Shown here piece after piece: positions 43,080 through 54,053 of a stretch of 64,000 nucleotides of DNA. Position 1 is the first letter of the stretch; each line of letters opens with the position of its first letter. The position numbers and the translations under genes are program-made. Below the pieces are notes generated by a model, which did no database searches, was not told where the DNA came from, and saw nothing but the letters and a program-made list of their open reading frames with translations. The DNA lies in the NCBI GenBank assembly GCA_025964555.1, contig JAOPYQ010000028.1:11754-75753 (forward strand), written 5' to 3'. Source of the DNA: Thermoleophilia bacterium (GTDB lineage: Bacteria > Actinomycetota > Thermoleophilia > Gaiellales > SKUG01).

Positions 43080-44174
43080 TCAGTCCTGGTCGGTCCAGTA
43101 GGCGCGAGCGACCGCCACGGCCGACTCGAGGAACTCGTCGATCGAGCCGATCGGATCGCTCACCGGGGAGTCGCGGTAGACGAACAGGTGCTCGAACCGC
43201 TGGTCCCAGTGCACGGGAGCGTCTGCGAGGCGAGCCACGAGCTGGGGCCCGAACAGCTCGCGCACGGCGACGGGATCGCTGCCGGCCTTCACGTCGACCG
43301 TGAGCTTCGACGTCACCGCGATGCTCTCGAGCTCGACCTGCTCGAACCCGTGCCGACCCTTCCTGAACGGGAGCTTCCGGCGCGGACCCACCGACGCAGC
43401 GACGTGCCGCTCGGCAGCGAGTGGCGGGATCTCGAACACGGCGAAGTGGCGATGCGTGCGCGGCAGTGAATCGCGTCCGGGGGCGGGATCGTAGGAAGCG
43501 AGCTCGCCCCACCATGCCGGGAAGCCGCGAAGTTCGCTGCGCCGGATCCAGCGCGGGTACACGTCGGCAGCCGCGGCCAGCACCGGGATCGTGTTGCGCA
43601 GCAGTGGCCAGTTGGTGGGCGAGCCACGGTGTTCGCCTCCGTCGAGGCCGCGCGCGAGGAACGCGAGGTCCCAGACCTCGTCGCGGGCCTCGTCGCGAAT
43701 CGTGCGCATCGCCTGGACGATCGGGCTCGGCCCCTCCGAGCGCATCGCGTGGTACTCGTCGTCGGATATCGAGGTCGGATCGAGCGGGTTGAAGCGCGAT
43801 CGCTGCGAGCTGAGCGCCGCGTCGAACGCGGCGAGGATGATCGAGCCGATGAGCGACATGGTCAGCTGCGGCAGTCGGGCGATGACGCGCCAGCGGATGC
43901 GACCACCCAGGCTCGGGACCGCGCCGTCGATCGTTCGGCGATGCAGTGGCGTGTCGGGCGACGGCACGGGCCACCGTCGCGGGTCCTCCACGACGGCCGG
44001 CGCTTCGTCGGCCACGGCGACCGCCGTCGCGTCAACCGCCGGCGAACCGTGCAGCGGTGCGACGTGCTCGGTCCACGTCGATCCGTCCCACCAGCGCCAC
44101 TGCTGCGCGTTCGTCGGGTCGACGAACCAGGCGGCGGCTACTGCGTTGGCGGCGTGCTCGGACATGTCCTCCAC
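43080..44174 (-). CDS. Hypothetical protein with an N-terminal DUF2510-like Trp-rich motif.
   Basis: 'AAWFVDPTNAQQWRWWDGSTWTEHV' matches the DUF2510 pattern (GWY.DP....lRyWDG..WT.hv). One central hydrophobic segment. The C-terminal 'FEQVELESIAVTSKLTVDV...' is DUF3137-like. Confidence 0.5.
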   Translation of the reverse strand: MEDMSEHAANAVAAAWFVDPTNAQQWRWWDGSTWTEHVAPLHGSPAVDATAVAVADEAPAVVEDPRRWPVPSPDTPLHRRTIDGAVPSLGGRIRWRVIARLPQLTMSLIGSIILAAFDAALSSQRSRFNPLDPTSISDDEYHAMRSEGPSPIVQAMRTIRDEARDEVWDLAFLARGLDGGEHRGSPTNWPLLRNTIPVLAAAADVYPRWIRRSELRGFPAWWGELASYDPAPGRDSLPRTHRHFAVFEIPPLAAERHVAASVGPRRKLPFRKGRHGFEQVELESIAVTSKLTVDVKAGSDPVAVRELFGPQLVARLADAPVHWDQRFEHLFVYRDSPVSDPIGSIDEFLESAVAVARAYWTDQD

Positions 44175-44209
44175 CTATCGGTCGGCCCGCGACCGCCCTT
44201 GATGCACCG

Positions 44210-45664
44210 TCAGCCGCGCTGCACGGTCTCGCAGTCGCGGGCGACCGTGTCTCGACGGTCCGCGGTGACCCGATCGCGTCCGGCGCCGCACGACACCCGT
44301 TCACGCGGCGTCTTGTCACGGGCGTTGATGACGTCGTTGCCCGCACCTGCGATGTACGTGTCGGTTCCGGCGTCGCCGGAGAGCTGGTCGTTGCCCGCTC
44401 CGCCCAGGAGGCCGTCGTTGCCCTGGCCGCCGAACAGTCGGTCGTTGCCGACCCCGCCGTCAAGTCCGTCGTTTCCTCGACCCCCGTACAGGGTGTCGTT
44501 GCCGATCCCGCCGAACAATCGGTTGGGTCCGTCGTCGCCCGCAAGGCGGTCGTTGGTCGTCGCAGCACGAATGCACCGTCCGGTTCCCGCGAAGCCGAAG
44601 CCGTCGGGCAGCGTGCCCTGCGAACCACCGAGGTTGGCACAGGCATCGACCGCTGGGGTGACGACGACCGGCGGCGGTCCCGGGACGGTGCACGTCGTTC
44701 CCGTCTGCAGCATCCCGGTCGGGACAGCTCCCTGGAACCCGTCGACGTTCGTGCACGCGTCCTGAGGGGGTGCCGGATGCACGACGACCAGCATCGTGCG
44801 GGCGTTGTCACCCGGATCGAGTTCCGTGCCCGACGAGGCGATCGACAACGTCGCCGTGTACGAACCCTGCTGCGCCGCGATGACTTTCGCGAACACCGAC
44901 CGGCGTGACGTCGTGGGAATCGGTCCGGTGCAGTCGAGGCGTTGCCCCGACACGGCGCACGTCGTGCCGGCCGGCACCTGCGCGGTGCCCGGGGTGCCCG
45001 TGAAGGACAGGCCGGCAGGCAGGATGAGGGTCACGGTGGCGGTGGGCACGGTCGCGTACGACTGACCGAGGTACTCGAAGTATCGGACGTCGATCATGAA
45101 CGGGATGCCCGCGCGGACTTCGCTGCGTCCCTCCGTGGAGGCCGCATATCCGCGCACGCCCAGATCGACGTCGTTCGGCCCCAGGATCGTGCCCTCCATC
45201 GTGCCTGATGGGGGGGCCCACAGGTCACCGGGGGACGATGCCGACCAGCCCACGGCGAACGTGCCGGGGGTCGAGGGTGCCGCGATCTCGATGCGGATCG
45301 CCTGGTAGTCCCACGGATCGATGCTCGGCATCGAGCAGGTGACGACCCCCGCCGAGGCGCTACACGTGACGCCAGTCTGTGACAGGGATGTCACGTAGGT
45401 CGCGCCTGCAGGGAGCGTGAAGGTCACGGTCGCTGCACTCGATGCGAAGTCGTCGTAGTTCTCGACGTAGAGCGAGGCGTACACGGACTCGCCCGGCGTG
45501 ACGTAGTCGTCGTAGTCGTCGTTCCAGAAATCAGCCGACGGATTCAGCACGGCCGCGGACGCGACGCCGGGAAGCACCGCTGTCGCGGTCCATACGCAGC
45601 TGATGACGAGGGCGGAAACGAGGAGGCGACGCAGGCGGGGCGAGCACGATCGAAAAGCAGGCAT
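44210..45664 (-). CDS. Secreted protein with DUF11-type repeat domains and C-terminal RTX (hemolysin-type Ca2+-binding) nonapeptide repeats.
   Basis: Signal peptide 'LLVSALVISCVWTATAVLPGVASA'. 'FGGIGNDTLYGGRGNDGLDGGVGNDRLFGGQGNDGLLGGAGNDQLSGDAGTDTYIAGAGNDVI' is a run of GGxGxD repeats. Confidence 0.8.
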   Translation of the reverse strand: MPAFRSCSPRLRRLLVSALVISCVWTATAVLPGVASAAVLNPSADFWNDDYDDYVTPGESVYASLYVENYDDFASSAATVTFTLPAGATYVTSLSQTGVTCSASAGVVTCSMPSIDPWDYQAIRIEIAAPSTPGTFAVGWSASSPGDLWAPPSGTMEGTILGPNDVDLGVRGYAASTEGRSEVRAGIPFMIDVRYFEYLGQSYATVPTATVTLILPAGLSFTGTPGTAQVPAGTTCAVSGQRLDCTGPIPTTSRRSVFAKVIAAQQGSYTATLSIASSGTELDPGDNARTMLVVVHPAPPQDACTNVDGFQGAVPTGMLQTGTTCTVPGPPPVVVTPAVDACANLGGSQGTLPDGFGFAGTGRCIRAATTNDRLAGDDGPNRLFGGIGNDTLYGGRGNDGLDGGVGNDRLFGGQGNDGLLGGAGNDQLSGDAGTDTYIAGAGNDVINARDKTPRERVSCGAGRDRVTADRRDTVARDCETVQRG

Positions 45665-45720
45665 GCGCCAGTTATCGGATCGTTCGCCTCTTTTCTATAG
45701 TCTCGATCTCGATCGAGTTC

Positions 45721-47193
<1,473 letters not shown>

Positions 47194-47195
47194 GC

Positions 47196-48683
47196 TCACT
47201 GTGCCGCTCCTTCCGCGACCGCTCCGCGCAGTCGCGTCGGGACGGGATTGAACTCGAACGCCTGCTCGAGTGCCCACGCCGCCGACATGATCCGGTTCTC
47301 GCTGAACGCGGGTCCGATCAGTTGGAAGCCGACCGGCAGCCCGCCGGCGAGACCGGACGGGATCGAGATGCCTGGAAGCGCTGCGAGGTTGACCGGGATC
47401 GTGCAGAGGTCCGACGCGTACATCGCGAGCGGGTCATCCATGCGCTCGCCGATGCCGAACGCGGTCGTCGGCGAGGTCGGCCCGACCACCAGGTCGCAGT
47501 GCTCGAACACCTTCTCGAAGTCGCGGGCGATGAGCGTTCGCACCTTCTGCGCCTGTCCGTAGTAGGCGTCGTAGTAGCCGCTCGAGAGCGCGTAGGTGCC
47601 GATCATGATGCGGCGCTGGACCTCGAGGCCGAAGCCCTGTGCCCGCGTCGCGTCGTACATCTCGCCGAGGCTGTCGGCATCGACGCGAAGGCCGTAGCGC
47701 ACGCCGTCGAAGCGCGCCAGGTTGGCGCTCGCCTCCGCCGGAGCGATCAGGTAGTACGCGGCCAGCGCGTACTCCGCATGTGGCAGGTCCACGTCGACGA
47801 TCGCCGCACCGAGCTCGATCGCCTGGCGCAGGTTCTCCTCGACGACGGCCTTCACGTCCGGATCGACGCCCTCGGCCATGAACTGCCTGGGCAGCCCGAG
47901 CCGCACGCCGTCGAGTCGGTCGCGCTTCTCGAGCGCGATCGGCTCACGCGGTCCCACGCTCGTCGTGTCGCGCGGATCGGGCTCGGCAATCACCTTGAGC
48001 AGCGCCGCGCAGTCCTCGACGTCCTTGGTCATCGGACCGATCTGGTCCAGGCTCGACGCGAAGGCGATCAGCCCGTATCGCGACACCACGCCATACGTCG
48101 GCTTGAACCCGACGATGCCGCACAGCGATGCAGGCTGCCGGATCGAGCCACCGGTGTCGGAGCCGAGCGCCCACGGGGCGAAGCCGCCCGCGACCGCAGC
48201 AGCACTGCCGCCCGAAGATCCACCGGGCACCTTCGTCGGATCCCACGGGTTGCGCACCGCGCCGTAGGCACTGGTCTCGTTCGACGAGCCCATCGCGAAC
48301 TCGTCCATGTTGGCCTTGCCCAGGTTCACCAGGCCCGCTTCACGAGCGAGGTCGACGGCCGTCGCGTCATACACCGGCCGGAATCCCTCGAGGATCTTCG
48401 AGCCACACGTGGTCGGCATGTCCTTGGTCGAGAGCAGGTCCTTGATCGCGAGCGGCACGCCGCGCAGCGGCCGGTCGGCACCGCGCGTCTCCGCGTGTGC
48501 GACGCTCGCGAGCGTGGTCGAGCGATCGACGTGCAGGAACGCGTTCGTCTCGTCCGGGTCGTTGGTGATGCGGTCGAGGTACGCGTCCGCCAGCTCGGCG
48601 GGCGAGACGTCGCCGCCGGTCAGCAGCTCCGCGGCGCCGCGCCCGGTGAGCGACAGCAGGTCGAGATCCGACGCGCCGCTCAT
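47196..48683 (-). CDS. gatA: Glu-tRNA(Gln) amidotransferase subunit A.
   Basis: The ATG at 48683 overlaps the gatC stop (ATGA). Amidase signature 'GGSSGGSAAAVAGGFAPWALGSDTGGSIRQPAS'. Confidence 0.95.
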   Translation of the reverse strand: MSGASDLDLLSLTGRGAAELLTGGDVSPAELADAYLDRITNDPDETNAFLHVDRSTTLASVAHAETRGADRPLRGVPLAIKDLLSTKDMPTTCGSKILEGFRPVYDATAVDLAREAGLVNLGKANMDEFAMGSSNETSAYGAVRNPWDPTKVPGGSSGGSAAAVAGGFAPWALGSDTGGSIRQPASLCGIVGFKPTYGVVSRYGLIAFASSLDQIGPMTKDVEDCAALLKVIAEPDPRDTTSVGPREPIALEKRDRLDGVRLGLPRQFMAEGVDPDVKAVVEENLRQAIELGAAIVDVDLPHAEYALAAYYLIAPAEASANLARFDGVRYGLRVDADSLGEMYDATRAQGFGLEVQRRIMIGTYALSSGYYDAYYGQAQKVRTLIARDFEKVFEHCDLVVGPTSPTTAFGIGERMDDPLAMYASDLCTIPVNLAALPGISIPSGLAGGLPVGFQLIGPAFSENRIMSAAWALEQAFEFNPVPTRLRGAVAEGAAQ

Positions 48684-48970
48684 GACTGCATCCTCGGCAC
48701 GCGGAAGCATCCGTCCTCGGGATCAGGCGCGTTCGCGAGCGCCTGCTCCGTCGTCAGCGACTCGTGCGGCACGTCGTCGCCGAACACGTTGACGACCTCG
48801 AGTGCATGCGTCGTCGGCGGCACGCCCTCCAGGTCGAGCTCGCTGATCTTGCCGATGCTGTCGATGATCGTGTCCAGCTCGCCGGCCATTCGCTCCAGCT
48901 GGTGCTCATCGAGCCCCAGCCGCGCGAGCCGAGCAACGTAGCGCACGTCGTCGATCGAGAGATTCGTCAT
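48680..48970 (-). CDS. gatC: Glu-tRNA(Gln) amidotransferase subunit C.
   Basis: 96 aa. 'IDDVRYVARLARLGLDEHQLERMAGELDTIIDSI' is typical of GatC. Confidence 0.9.
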   Translation of the reverse strand: MTNLSIDDVRYVARLARLGLDEHQLERMAGELDTIIDSIGKISELDLEGVPPTTHALEVVNVFGDDVPHESLTTEQALANAPDPEDGCFRVPRMQS

Positions 48971-49130
48971 GAATCGCCCCCTTCGGGAGCGCTCCATGCG
49001 AACGCTCCTCGCTCGGCCATGTGCCCTACGGGCACGCGGCCCTCGCTTCGTCGGTTCGTCATGACGGCACCCTACCGAGTACCGGGCCCGCCGTCAGGCG
49101 CGCTCGGCCTTGGCATCACCCGCATGCGCG

Positions 49131-50015
49131 TCACGCACGCGCACGTGCGCGCGCCTGCGCGAGCTTCAGTGTGGACTGCAGCAGCGTCGCTATCGTCATC
49201 GGCCCCACGCCGCCCGGGACCGGCGACACCAGCCGCGCGACCTTCGCCACATCGTCGAAGAGCACGTCGCCGCGAAGTCCGTCCGGGGTGTGCGTCGTGC
49301 CGATGTCCACCACGACCGCACCGGGCTTGACCATGTCGGCCGTGATGAGGCCGGGCACCCCGGCCGCGACGATGAGCACGTCCGCTTCCCTGGTCGCTTT
49401 CGCGAGGTCGCGGGTCAGGTGATGGGTCACGGTGACGGTCGCGTTGCGCTGCAGCAGCAGCATCGCCATCGGCATTCCCACCGTTCGCGAGCGACCGACG
49501 ACGACCGCCTCCGCGCCGACCAGCGGCACATCGTACGCGTCCAGGAGCGTCATCACGCCCTGCGGGGTGCACGACGCGATGCCGTCGAGCGTGCTCGCGA
49601 TCGCGCCCAGGTTCCACGGGTGGAACCCGTCCACGTCCTTGGTCGGTGGCACGGCCAGGATGACCGGCTCAGGGTCCAGGCCCGCGGGAAGCGGCACCTG
49701 CACGAGCACGCCATCGACGGCATCATCGGCCACGAGCTCGTGCGTGACGCGCTCCACGTCCTCCTGCGTGGCGTCTGCAGGAAGCGTGCGATGGATCGAG
49801 GCGATCCCGACCTCTTCGCACGCGCGATGCTTCATTCGAATGTAGGTCGCGCTCGCCGGATCGTCGCCGACCAGCAGGGTCCCGAGCCCCGGTGCGCGAC
49901 CGAACTCGCTCCGAAATTCTCCAACGTCGATCGCCACTTGGGCCCGAACGACCTCTGCAACTGCACGGCCATCGATAAGCGCCTGGTCGAACGCGATTCC
50001 CTCGAAATGAGCCAT
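49131..50015 (-). CDS. folD: Bifunctional methylenetetrahydrofolate dehydrogenase / methenyl-THF cyclohydrolase.
   Basis: The ATG at 50015 follows a GAAGGAAAG SD. 'TYIRMKHRACEEVGI', 'VLVQVPLP', 'DVDGFHP', 'VVVGRSRTVGMPMAMLL', 'PVPGGVGPMT'. Confidence 0.93.
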   Translation of the reverse strand: MAHFEGIAFDQALIDGRAVAEVVRAQVAIDVGEFRSEFGRAPGLGTLLVGDDPASATYIRMKHRACEEVGIASIHRTLPADATQEDVERVTHELVADDAVDGVLVQVPLPAGLDPEPVILAVPPTKDVDGFHPWNLGAIASTLDGIASCTPQGVMTLLDAYDVPLVGAEAVVVGRSRTVGMPMAMLLLQRNATVTVTHHLTRDLAKATREADVLIVAAGVPGLITADMVKPGAVVVDIGTTHTPDGLRGDVLFDDVAKVARLVSPVPGGVGPMTIATLLQSTLKLAQARARARA

Positions 50016-50179
50016 GTGCAGGACTTTCCTTCTCAACGGTTCGCCTGCCAAGTAAGGGCGAAGCTCGTTTTTGTTTGCAGGCGGTAAAACGTACTCAAGT
50101 TGCGGTACCCATTTCCGATACCCCATTCGAGCCGGAGCTGGGAGGCACCGGATCACTACTTACCTCATCACACAGGAGT

Positions 50180-50356
50180 ATGGACATGCTGGACTACATC
50201 CTCGCGCACATCGGTTCCGACGAAGAGGGTCAGACGATGGCTGAGTACGCCGTCGTACTCGCCGTCATCACGGTCGTCGTGATCGTCGCCCTCACCGCCC
50301 TCTCCGGTGGCATCGGCGCAGCGCTCGACAAGATCACCGCCGTTCTCGGCCGCTGA
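50180..50356 (+). CDS. flp: Flp/Fap-family type IVb pilin precursor.
   Basis: 'SDEEGQTMAEYAVVLAVITVVVIVALTALSG' has the Flp processing motif G/xxxxEY followed by a hydrophobic helix. The start is either ATG 50180 or ATG 50186; the latter is 7 nt after an AGGAG. Confidence 0.85.
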   Translation: MDMLDYILAHIGSDEEGQTMAEYAVVLAVITVVVIVALTALSGGIGAALDKITAVLGR

Positions 50357-50380
50357 TCGAGCCGGCATACGGATCCCGGC

Positions 50381-50417
50381 GGCGGGGGTGGCTTCGGCCA
50401 CCCCCGCCTCTTTTTTT
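50381..50417 (+). terminator. Canonical intrinsic terminator immediately downstream of flp.
   Basis: ggcgggggtggc-ttcg-gccacccccgcc gives a 12-bp perfect GC stem with a UUCG loop, followed by tcttttttt. Confidence 0.85.
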
Positions 50418-50528
50418 GACGAAGGGTCGGACCTGGTCGGACCCTTGCATTTCGCTGCGTACACCTCGCGCCCGTTCAAGTCGCCATCGGTGTCATCCGA
50501 TGCACACCGACGAGAGAGCCGTTACCGC

Positions 50529-50936
50529 ATGGACAACCCGATCGAACAGCAGCAGGACTTCACTCCCGAGCGCGCACAGGCGACGGTCGAGTTCGCCATG
50601 ATCCTGCCGATCCTCTGCGTCATCCTCTTTGCCGTCGTCGAGTTCGGCATGGCCTTCTGGACCTACCAGCAGGTCAGTGCCGCGGCTTCCGAGGGCGCGC
50701 GCCGCGCCGCGGTGAGCCGCACCGCCGGCGACCGCACCACCCGCGCGCGAGATTCGGCGCGCGCCGCGTCGCCCGGCCTCACGGCAAGCAGCATGAACGT
50801 CACCACCACGTCGACATGGGTCGCCGGCGACCCGGTCACCGTCGTCGTCACCTATCCCGAAGACATCACGATCATGGGCAAGCAGCTCTTCCACAAGGAC
50901 CTCAAGGTCACCCGCACGATGCGCGTGGAGCAGTGA
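50529..50936 (+). CDS. TadE-like pseudopilin / pilus assembly protein.
   Basis: 'ERAQATVEFAMILPILCVILFAVVEFGMAFW' matches the TadE N-terminal motif (G...vEfAl.lP.l). 135 aa from the ATG at 50529. Confidence 0.8.
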   Translation: MDNPIEQQQDFTPERAQATVEFAMILPILCVILFAVVEFGMAFWTYQQVSAAASEGARRAAVSRTAGDRTTRARDSARAASPGLTASSMNVTTTSTWVAGDPVTVVVTYPEDITIMGKQLFHKDLKVTRTMRVEQ

Positions 50937-50943
50937 TCGGCGG

Positions 50944-51978
50944 ATGCATCGCATGAATCCCCGCACCAGTGAAGACGGCCAGGCGATCATCGTGTTCGCG
51001 ATCTTCCTCGTCGTGCTGCTCTGCTTCGTCGGTGTCATCATCGACGGCGGCATGTACTACGTGGAGCGACGTGACATGCAGGGCGTCGCGGACGCCGCCG
51101 CCCTCGCAGCCGTTCGCGAACTGCCCCGCAGCTCGGCGCAGGCGACCGCCAAAGCCAACGAGTATGCAGGCTCGCGCAACAGCGACGCCAAGGGAACGCT
51201 CCAGTCGATCCAATTCTCCGACGCCAATCGCCAGGTGACCGTCCGTGTCGGCAAGACCGGTACACAGAACTTCGGCAAGATCCTCAAGCTGGGCGCCCCT
51301 GCCATCTCCGCCTCTGCGACGGCGCGCGTGCAGATGATGGGCGCTCGCCCCGGCATGCTCCCGATCGCATTCATGCGCGACCGGTTCACGATCGGCACCA
51401 ACGAAGAGATCAAGTGGGACGATCCTGGCGGCGGCAACCGCGGCGCGATTGCGCCCGAGAAGCAGCCGAGCTGCGCTGACGCCTCCGGCGCGAACGACTT
51501 CCGGGACCTCATCATGGGCAAGGCTCACGGCGGGATCGACGCGTGTGCCACACCGATCGCCGAGACCCTCGACACTGAGCCGGGGCAGATGGCCGGCGCG
51601 ACACGCCAGGGCTTCGACGCGCGTCTCGTGGGCAACACGCAGTCGTTCTCGGACGTGTTCAAGACTGATCCGGTCACCGGTTTCCACACGATCGAGGATC
51701 CGAAGTCGCCGCGCATTGGCATCGTGCCGATCATCGAGAACTCCAACGGCACGAACGTCTGGCCGAACGGCCGGAGCGCTCCGATCAAGATCCTCGGCTA
51801 CATGCTGGTGTACATCGGCAAGGTCGGCACTACCGGCAACCCTGCCTATACCGACAACGGCAAGAGCGTCTGGATGACCCCCGTGCGTCCTTTGTTGCCG
51901 GAAGATTTTGTCGATGGTGGCTTCGTCGACTACAACGAGGCCCTTCCGTCACCGGTCGTGTTCCGCCTCTCGCAGTAG
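50944..51978 (+). CDS. TadG-like (Tad / pilus-assembly TadE/G-like N-terminus) protein, copy 1.
   Basis: 'EDGQAIIVFAIFLVVLLCFVGVIIDGGMYYVERRDMQGVADAAALAAVRE' matches the Tad N-terminal domain. About 85% identical to the next gene over the C-terminal ~220 aa. Confidence 0.75.
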   Translation: MHRMNPRTSEDGQAIIVFAIFLVVLLCFVGVIIDGGMYYVERRDMQGVADAAALAAVRELPRSSAQATAKANEYAGSRNSDAKGTLQSIQFSDANRQVTVRVGKTGTQNFGKILKLGAPAISASATARVQMMGARPGMLPIAFMRDRFTIGTNEEIKWDDPGGGNRGAIAPEKQPSCADASGANDFRDLIMGKAHGGIDACATPIAETLDTEPGQMAGATRQGFDARLVGNTQSFSDVFKTDPVTGFHTIEDPKSPRIGIVPIIENSNGTNVWPNGRSAPIKILGYMLVYIGKVGTTGNPAYTDNGKSVWMTPVRPLLPEDFVDGGFVDYNEALPSPVVFRLSQ

Positions 51979-52024
51979 CGGCGGTCCCGTCGCATGGATC
52001 CCCCCCTGACGGGGTCGTCTGGGC

Positions 52025-53047
52025 ATGGGCTCCACTCGTGAAAACGGTCAGGCGATCATCGTCTTCGTGATCTTCCTGACCGTCCTGCTGGGCTTCGTCG
52101 CGGTCCTCGTCGACGGGGGAATGTCCTACGTCGAACGCCGTGACATGCAGGGCACGGCCGACGCCGCCGCACTGGCCGCCGTGCGCGAACTCCCGACGAG
52201 CGCGACCCAGGCGAACAACCGGGCCCACGAATACGTCACGACCCGGAACGCAGACGCCAAGGGCACGCTCCGGTCGATTCAATTCTCCGACTCCAATCGC
52301 CAGGTGCGCGTCACCGTCGGCAAGAGCGGCACACAGAACTTCGGCGCCCTGCTCGGACTCGATGCCCCGGACATCGCGGCATCCGCAACCGCGCGCGTGC
52401 AGATGATGGGCGCCCGCCCCGGCATGCTGCCGATCGCCTTCATGCGCGACCGCTTCACGATCGGCCACAACGAAGAGATCAAGTGGGACGACCCAGGCGG
52501 CGGCAATCGCGGGGCAATCGCGCCCCAGAAGCAGCCGAACTGCAGCGAGGCGAGCGGCGCGAACGACTTCCGCGACCTCATCAAGGGAGACGCACATGGC
52601 GGCATCGACGCCTGCGCCACCGCCATCGCCGAAACACTCGACACCGAGCCCGGGCAGATGTCGGGCGCCACGCGCCAAGGCTTCGACGCCCGCCTGGCGG
52701 GCAACAATCAGACCTTCGATGACGTCTTCAAGATCGACCCCGTCACCGGCTTTCACACGATCGAGGACACCGACTCCCCACGGATCGGCATCGTCCCGAT
52801 CATCGAAAACGTCAACGGCACCAACAACTGGCCGAACGGCCGCAGCGCTCCCATCCGCATCCTCGGCTACATGATCGTGTACATCGGCAACACGTCCGTG
52901 CCGGGGAACCCCGCGTACACGGACAACGGGCACAGCGTCTGGGTCACGCCCGTGCGCCCGCTCCTGCCAGAGGACTTCGAGGACGGCGCGTTCGTCGACT
53001 ACAACGCGAGCCTGCCGTCACCCGTCGTCTTTCGCCTGACGGACTGA
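52025..53047 (+). CDS. TadG-like protein, copy 2 (tandem paralogue).
   Basis: 'ENGQAIIVFVIFLTVLLGFVAVLVDGGMSYVERRDMQGTADAAALAAVRE'. Long identical blocks with copy 1, e.g. 'ARVQMMGARPGMLPIAFMRDRFTIG' and 'EEIKWDDPGGGNRGAIAP'. Confidence 0.75.
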   Translation: MGSTRENGQAIIVFVIFLTVLLGFVAVLVDGGMSYVERRDMQGTADAAALAAVRELPTSATQANNRAHEYVTTRNADAKGTLRSIQFSDSNRQVRVTVGKSGTQNFGALLGLDAPDIAASATARVQMMGARPGMLPIAFMRDRFTIGHNEEIKWDDPGGGNRGAIAPQKQPNCSEASGANDFRDLIKGDAHGGIDACATAIAETLDTEPGQMSGATRQGFDARLAGNNQTFDDVFKIDPVTGFHTIEDTDSPRIGIVPIIENVNGTNNWPNGRSAPIRILGYMIVYIGNTSVPGNPAYTDNGHSVWVTPVRPLLPEDFEDGAFVDYNASLPSPVVFRLTD

Positions 53048-53227
53048 GCCGAGCACAACTTCACGAAAGCTTGACGAAAGCTTCTGTGAGGGCCCGTGTC
53101 TCCCCTTCTGAGACCGCACTCGCACCCTGTCGCGCGCCCCACTCAAGGTCGCCTACATGGATGCCGATGCGCGTCCCGGAACCCGTTCGACCGTCGTTCC
53201 GACGCACCTGAACCGCAGGAAGGCACC

Positions 53228-54001
53228 ATGAATTACACGCTTCGCAACCTCGTCGTCGCATCGCTGCTGATGCTGCTCGGCATCGTCGCAGTCATCAGCT
53301 TCATCCGAGGCGAGCGACAGGACCTCTCCCGCGGAAAGCAGGAGGTGCAGGTCTTCATCGCCGCCAAGGACATCCCGGCAGGCACGCCCGCCGACGAGCT
53401 CGAGTCCGGCGGCTTCCTGGAATCCAAGGACGTGCTGCGCGAGGACGCACCGCCGCAGGCCGTCGGCAAGATGTCGACGATCGAAGGCCTCGTGTCCAAC
53501 GAGACCGTCTACACGGGCGAGTACGTGAACTACACAGCCTTCGACAAGACGGCCGGCCTCAAGCCCACCGCGCAGATCAAGGGCAACGAGCGCCTGTTCT
53601 CGCTGCCGATCAAGGCAGCTGCGGACGCAGCCGGCCTCATTCGCGCCGGCGACCACGTCGACATCTTCGTTGCGAACGACGGCGGGTTCACCTACGTCGC
53701 CGCTCGCGACGTGGAGATCATCGAGACCCCGCAGACCCTGACTCCCGAGGGCGTCGAGGTCGAGGCAACCGCCCCCGAGGCGAACGGCGACACCAAGCTC
53801 TACGTCGTCAAGGCGACCGACCGCGAACAGGCGAACATCAAGTTCGGCCTCTCCAACGCGGACGAGTACGGCCTCATGCTCTCGCTGCGACCCGCCTCGG
53901 GCGACGCGGAGACCAAGATCCCGCCGCTCGTGCCGCAGCTCAAGATCCCGGAGAAGGAGCCCTCGGGCACCCAGCCGGCACCTGACCCCTCCATCCGCTG
54001 A
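53228..54001 (+). CDS. cpaB: Flp pilus assembly protein CpaB/RcpC (SAF-domain).
   Basis: N-terminal TM 'LVVASLLMLLGIVAVISFI', 'VQVFIAAKDIPAGTP' (SAF-like), and 'IRAGDHVDIF'. Confidence 0.75.
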   Translation: MNYTLRNLVVASLLMLLGIVAVISFIRGERQDLSRGKQEVQVFIAAKDIPAGTPADELESGGFLESKDVLREDAPPQAVGKMSTIEGLVSNETVYTGEYVNYTAFDKTAGLKPTAQIKGNERLFSLPIKAAADAAGLIRAGDHVDIFVANDGGFTYVAARDVEIIETPQTLTPEGVEVEATAPEANGDTKLYVVKATDREQANIKFGLSNADEYGLMLSLRPASGDAETKIPPLVPQLKIPEKEPSGTQPAPDPSIR

Positions 54002-54053
54002 TCCCGCTGATCCGCATCACCGCAACTCGCAGCACCACGCAAAGGAACGCACC

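Noticed and set aside
50016-50179. Possible ZTP (pfl) or other folate-related riboswitch in the folD 5' leader, which shares this divergent intergenic region with flp.
   Set aside because: On the folD strand there is 'ACCGCCUGCAAA', which superficially resembles the conserved 3' 'CCGCCUGGGCA' of ZTP riboswitches. The GGGCA is absent, and I cannot find the 5' subdomain (UGACUGGCG / CCGGGGAGC-like elements) or a convincing pseudoknot. A covariance-model search (Rfam RF01750) would settle it.
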